Origin: Gammaproteobacteria bacterium
Lineage (GTDB): Bacteria > Pseudomonadota > Gammaproteobacteria > Eutrophobiales > Eutrophobiaceae
Direction of reading: 5' to 3'
Assembly (NCBI GenBank): GCA_965202915.1
Contig: OZ241847.1
Location: forward strand, 2,194,242 to 2,258,241
Length of the DNA stretch: 64,000 nucleotides
Positions 62,873-64,000 of the stretch are shown here, in pieces. A program made the translations under genes and the position numbers. Each line of letters begins with the position of its first letter. Within the stretch, counting starts at the first letter, position 1. Below the pieces are notes generated by a model that worked only from the letters and a program-made list of their open reading frames with translations, was not told the origin of the DNA and did no database searches.

Positions 62873-63352
62873 ATGAGCAGAGAGAACCCTTTCCTATTGC
62901 CGCTATCGATTCCGGTGGCGGTATCGCCCAGGCTGATCAGGCTGCTGTACGCGGTGGCACTGGGGGCCGGCCTGGCAATATGGATCAGTGCCGCCACAGT
63001 GATAATAAAATCCGCGGCGTCACTATTATTATTGCTTTATATCGCGCTCCTGCGGCGCCGGCTCCAATCCAACCGGGCGCACGATCCCAGACAAATAACG
63101 CTACTCCATGATAACAGTTGGCGGATCATTACCCATGCCGGCGAGACCCTGCCGGCAACACAGGGCCGGGCGATCTTTATTCATCGCGATCTGATCGTGC
63201 TGCCTCTGCACTACAATCGGCGCAAAAAGATCCTGCTGTTGACGCCTGACAGCCTCGACAATACACTCCTGCGGCGCTTGCGGGTGCGCCTGCAATACCT
63301 CAGCGACCAGCCACCGCTCAGCACCAAAAATGTTTTATCTTCCAGGCAATAA
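62873..63352 (+). CDS. cptA: YgfX/CptA-family inner membrane protein.
   Basis: There are two N-terminal TM segments and then ...ITLLHDNSWRI...RAIFIHRDLIVLPL...KKILLLTPDSLDNTLLRRLRVRL. This parallels E. coli YgfX (...IRLLMDGRLRWQG...HLWLAADSMDEAEWRDLRRIL). Confidence 0.55.
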   Translation: MSRENPFLLPLSIPVAVSPRLIRLLYAVALGAGLAIWISAATVIIKSAASLLLLLYIALLRRRLQSNRAHDPRQITLLHDNSWRIITHAGETLPATQGRAIFIHRDLIVLPLHYNRRKKILLLTPDSLDNTLLRRLRVRLQYLSDQPPLSTKNVLSSRQ

Positions 63353-64000
63353 ACAACTTGCTCAGCGGACTCAGCGCATGCCGTTGCCGCAGGAATGAAT
63401 CGCAATGACGGATATCGACCCCGCACTGACGCGCCAGTAAACGGCACAGGATCAATGCATGCAACTGTTGCCGGCGGTCGGTCGCCGGCATCCGCTCATA
63501 GAGCCGCTGCAAATACCGCCGCAATTCCGTAAATAATGGAATAAAGACCGCCCGCAGCTCAGCCGCTTCCTGATTCAAACAGGCCGGAATAGAGGCCCGA
63601 CTTAAATAGCCGCCGGGGATAAAAATACGATCCTGCCGCAAATGAAAAGCGGTTTGCCCAAGCAGGCCGAACAACGCATTGACGGCCGCGGTTTTTGCCA
63701 AAACCTCCAGCGTATCGGGATCCGAACAGCCGCCTATCTCGGCACTCAGCCGCCAGATTGTACCGGGGCCGTTCATCAAAACCCGGATACAGGCATCCAA
63801 CGATTCAGGCTGCTCAATGCAGATCAAAGAATCGGCATGAGCGATGGGCCCGATCAGCCTGGCCCGGTCTATTGTGTGCACCGCAATGATCTCCGCCAAC
63901 GCACGGCTGATCGGATGCCCGGCCCTGTGCCGGTAAAGCCGGTCGATCTCCTCACTCCACCACAGTAACTTCAACCTGGCCACGCCCGGATCCTGGCAGG
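63318..64000 (-). CDS. Squalene/phytoene-synthase-family protein. Only the C-terminal part is in the window, and the N-terminus lies beyond the window end.
   Basis: LKLLWWSEEIDRL...HPISRALAEI...FGLLGQTAFHLRQDR...GGYL loosely follows the SQS_PSY second conserved region. The reading frame stays open to position 64000. Confidence 0.35.
   Translation of the reverse strand, partial: CQDPGVARLKLLWWSEEIDRLYRHRAGHPISRALAEIIAVHTIDRARLIGPIAHADSLICIEQPESLDACIRVLMNGPGTIWRLSAEIGGCSDPDTLEVLAKTAAVNALFGLLGQTAFHLRQDRIFIPGGYLSRASIPACLNQEAAELRAVFIPLFTELRRYLQRLYERMPATDRRQQLHALILCRLLARQCGVDIRHCDSFLRQRHALSPLSKLFIAWKIKHFWC

Overview
This 64 kb window looks like gammaproteobacterial chromosome. Gene content and order support this (rimP-nusA-infB-rbfA-truB, rpsF-rpsR-rplI, dnaB-alr-radA, znuACB, sdhCDAB-sdhE-ygfZ, a TusA-like gene, dsbB), and the backbone is roughly 48-52% GC by eye. 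The right 46 kb is mostly conserved housekeeping genes: HIT, znuABC, tusA-like, a response regulator, initiator tRNA-fMet, ssb, uvrA, a PfkB kinase, an MMPL/Ycf48-like/DUF1329/DUF1302 envelope operon, the nusA-infB operon, ribosomal protein genes, dnaB-alr-radA, corC/ypjD, maeB, a P19/FtrA iron protein, dsbB, ygfZ, sdhE, sdhCDAB, a DUF1674/SDHAF4-like mini-ORF, cptA/ygfX and a partial squalene/phytoene-synthase-like gene. The left ~17 kb is a composite accessory region. It contains a very GC-rich block (by eye ~65% GC) that encodes bacterial homologues of eukaryotic GT-C protein O-mannosyltransferases: two DUF1736+TPR TMTC-like paralogs, a GT22 PIG-B/ALG9-like enzyme, a truncated DUF2723/TMEM260-like gene and a HAD hydrolase. 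A low-GC (by eye ~40%) four-gene cassette is inserted between the two TMTC-like paralogs: Vsr, a MORC-type GHKL ATPase, a Dcm-type C5 cytosine methyltransferase, and a 781-aa protein with a second GHKL ATPase head and a ~550-aa uncharacterised tail. An AT-rich patch with an SGNH/GDSL hydrolase follows. The Vsr/Dcm/double-GHKL cassette is the strongest candidate for a poorly described restriction-modification, defence or mobile very-short-patch-repair module. I saw no integrase, transposase or CRISPR array. All calls come from reading motifs in the six-frame ORF track. No database searches were run.
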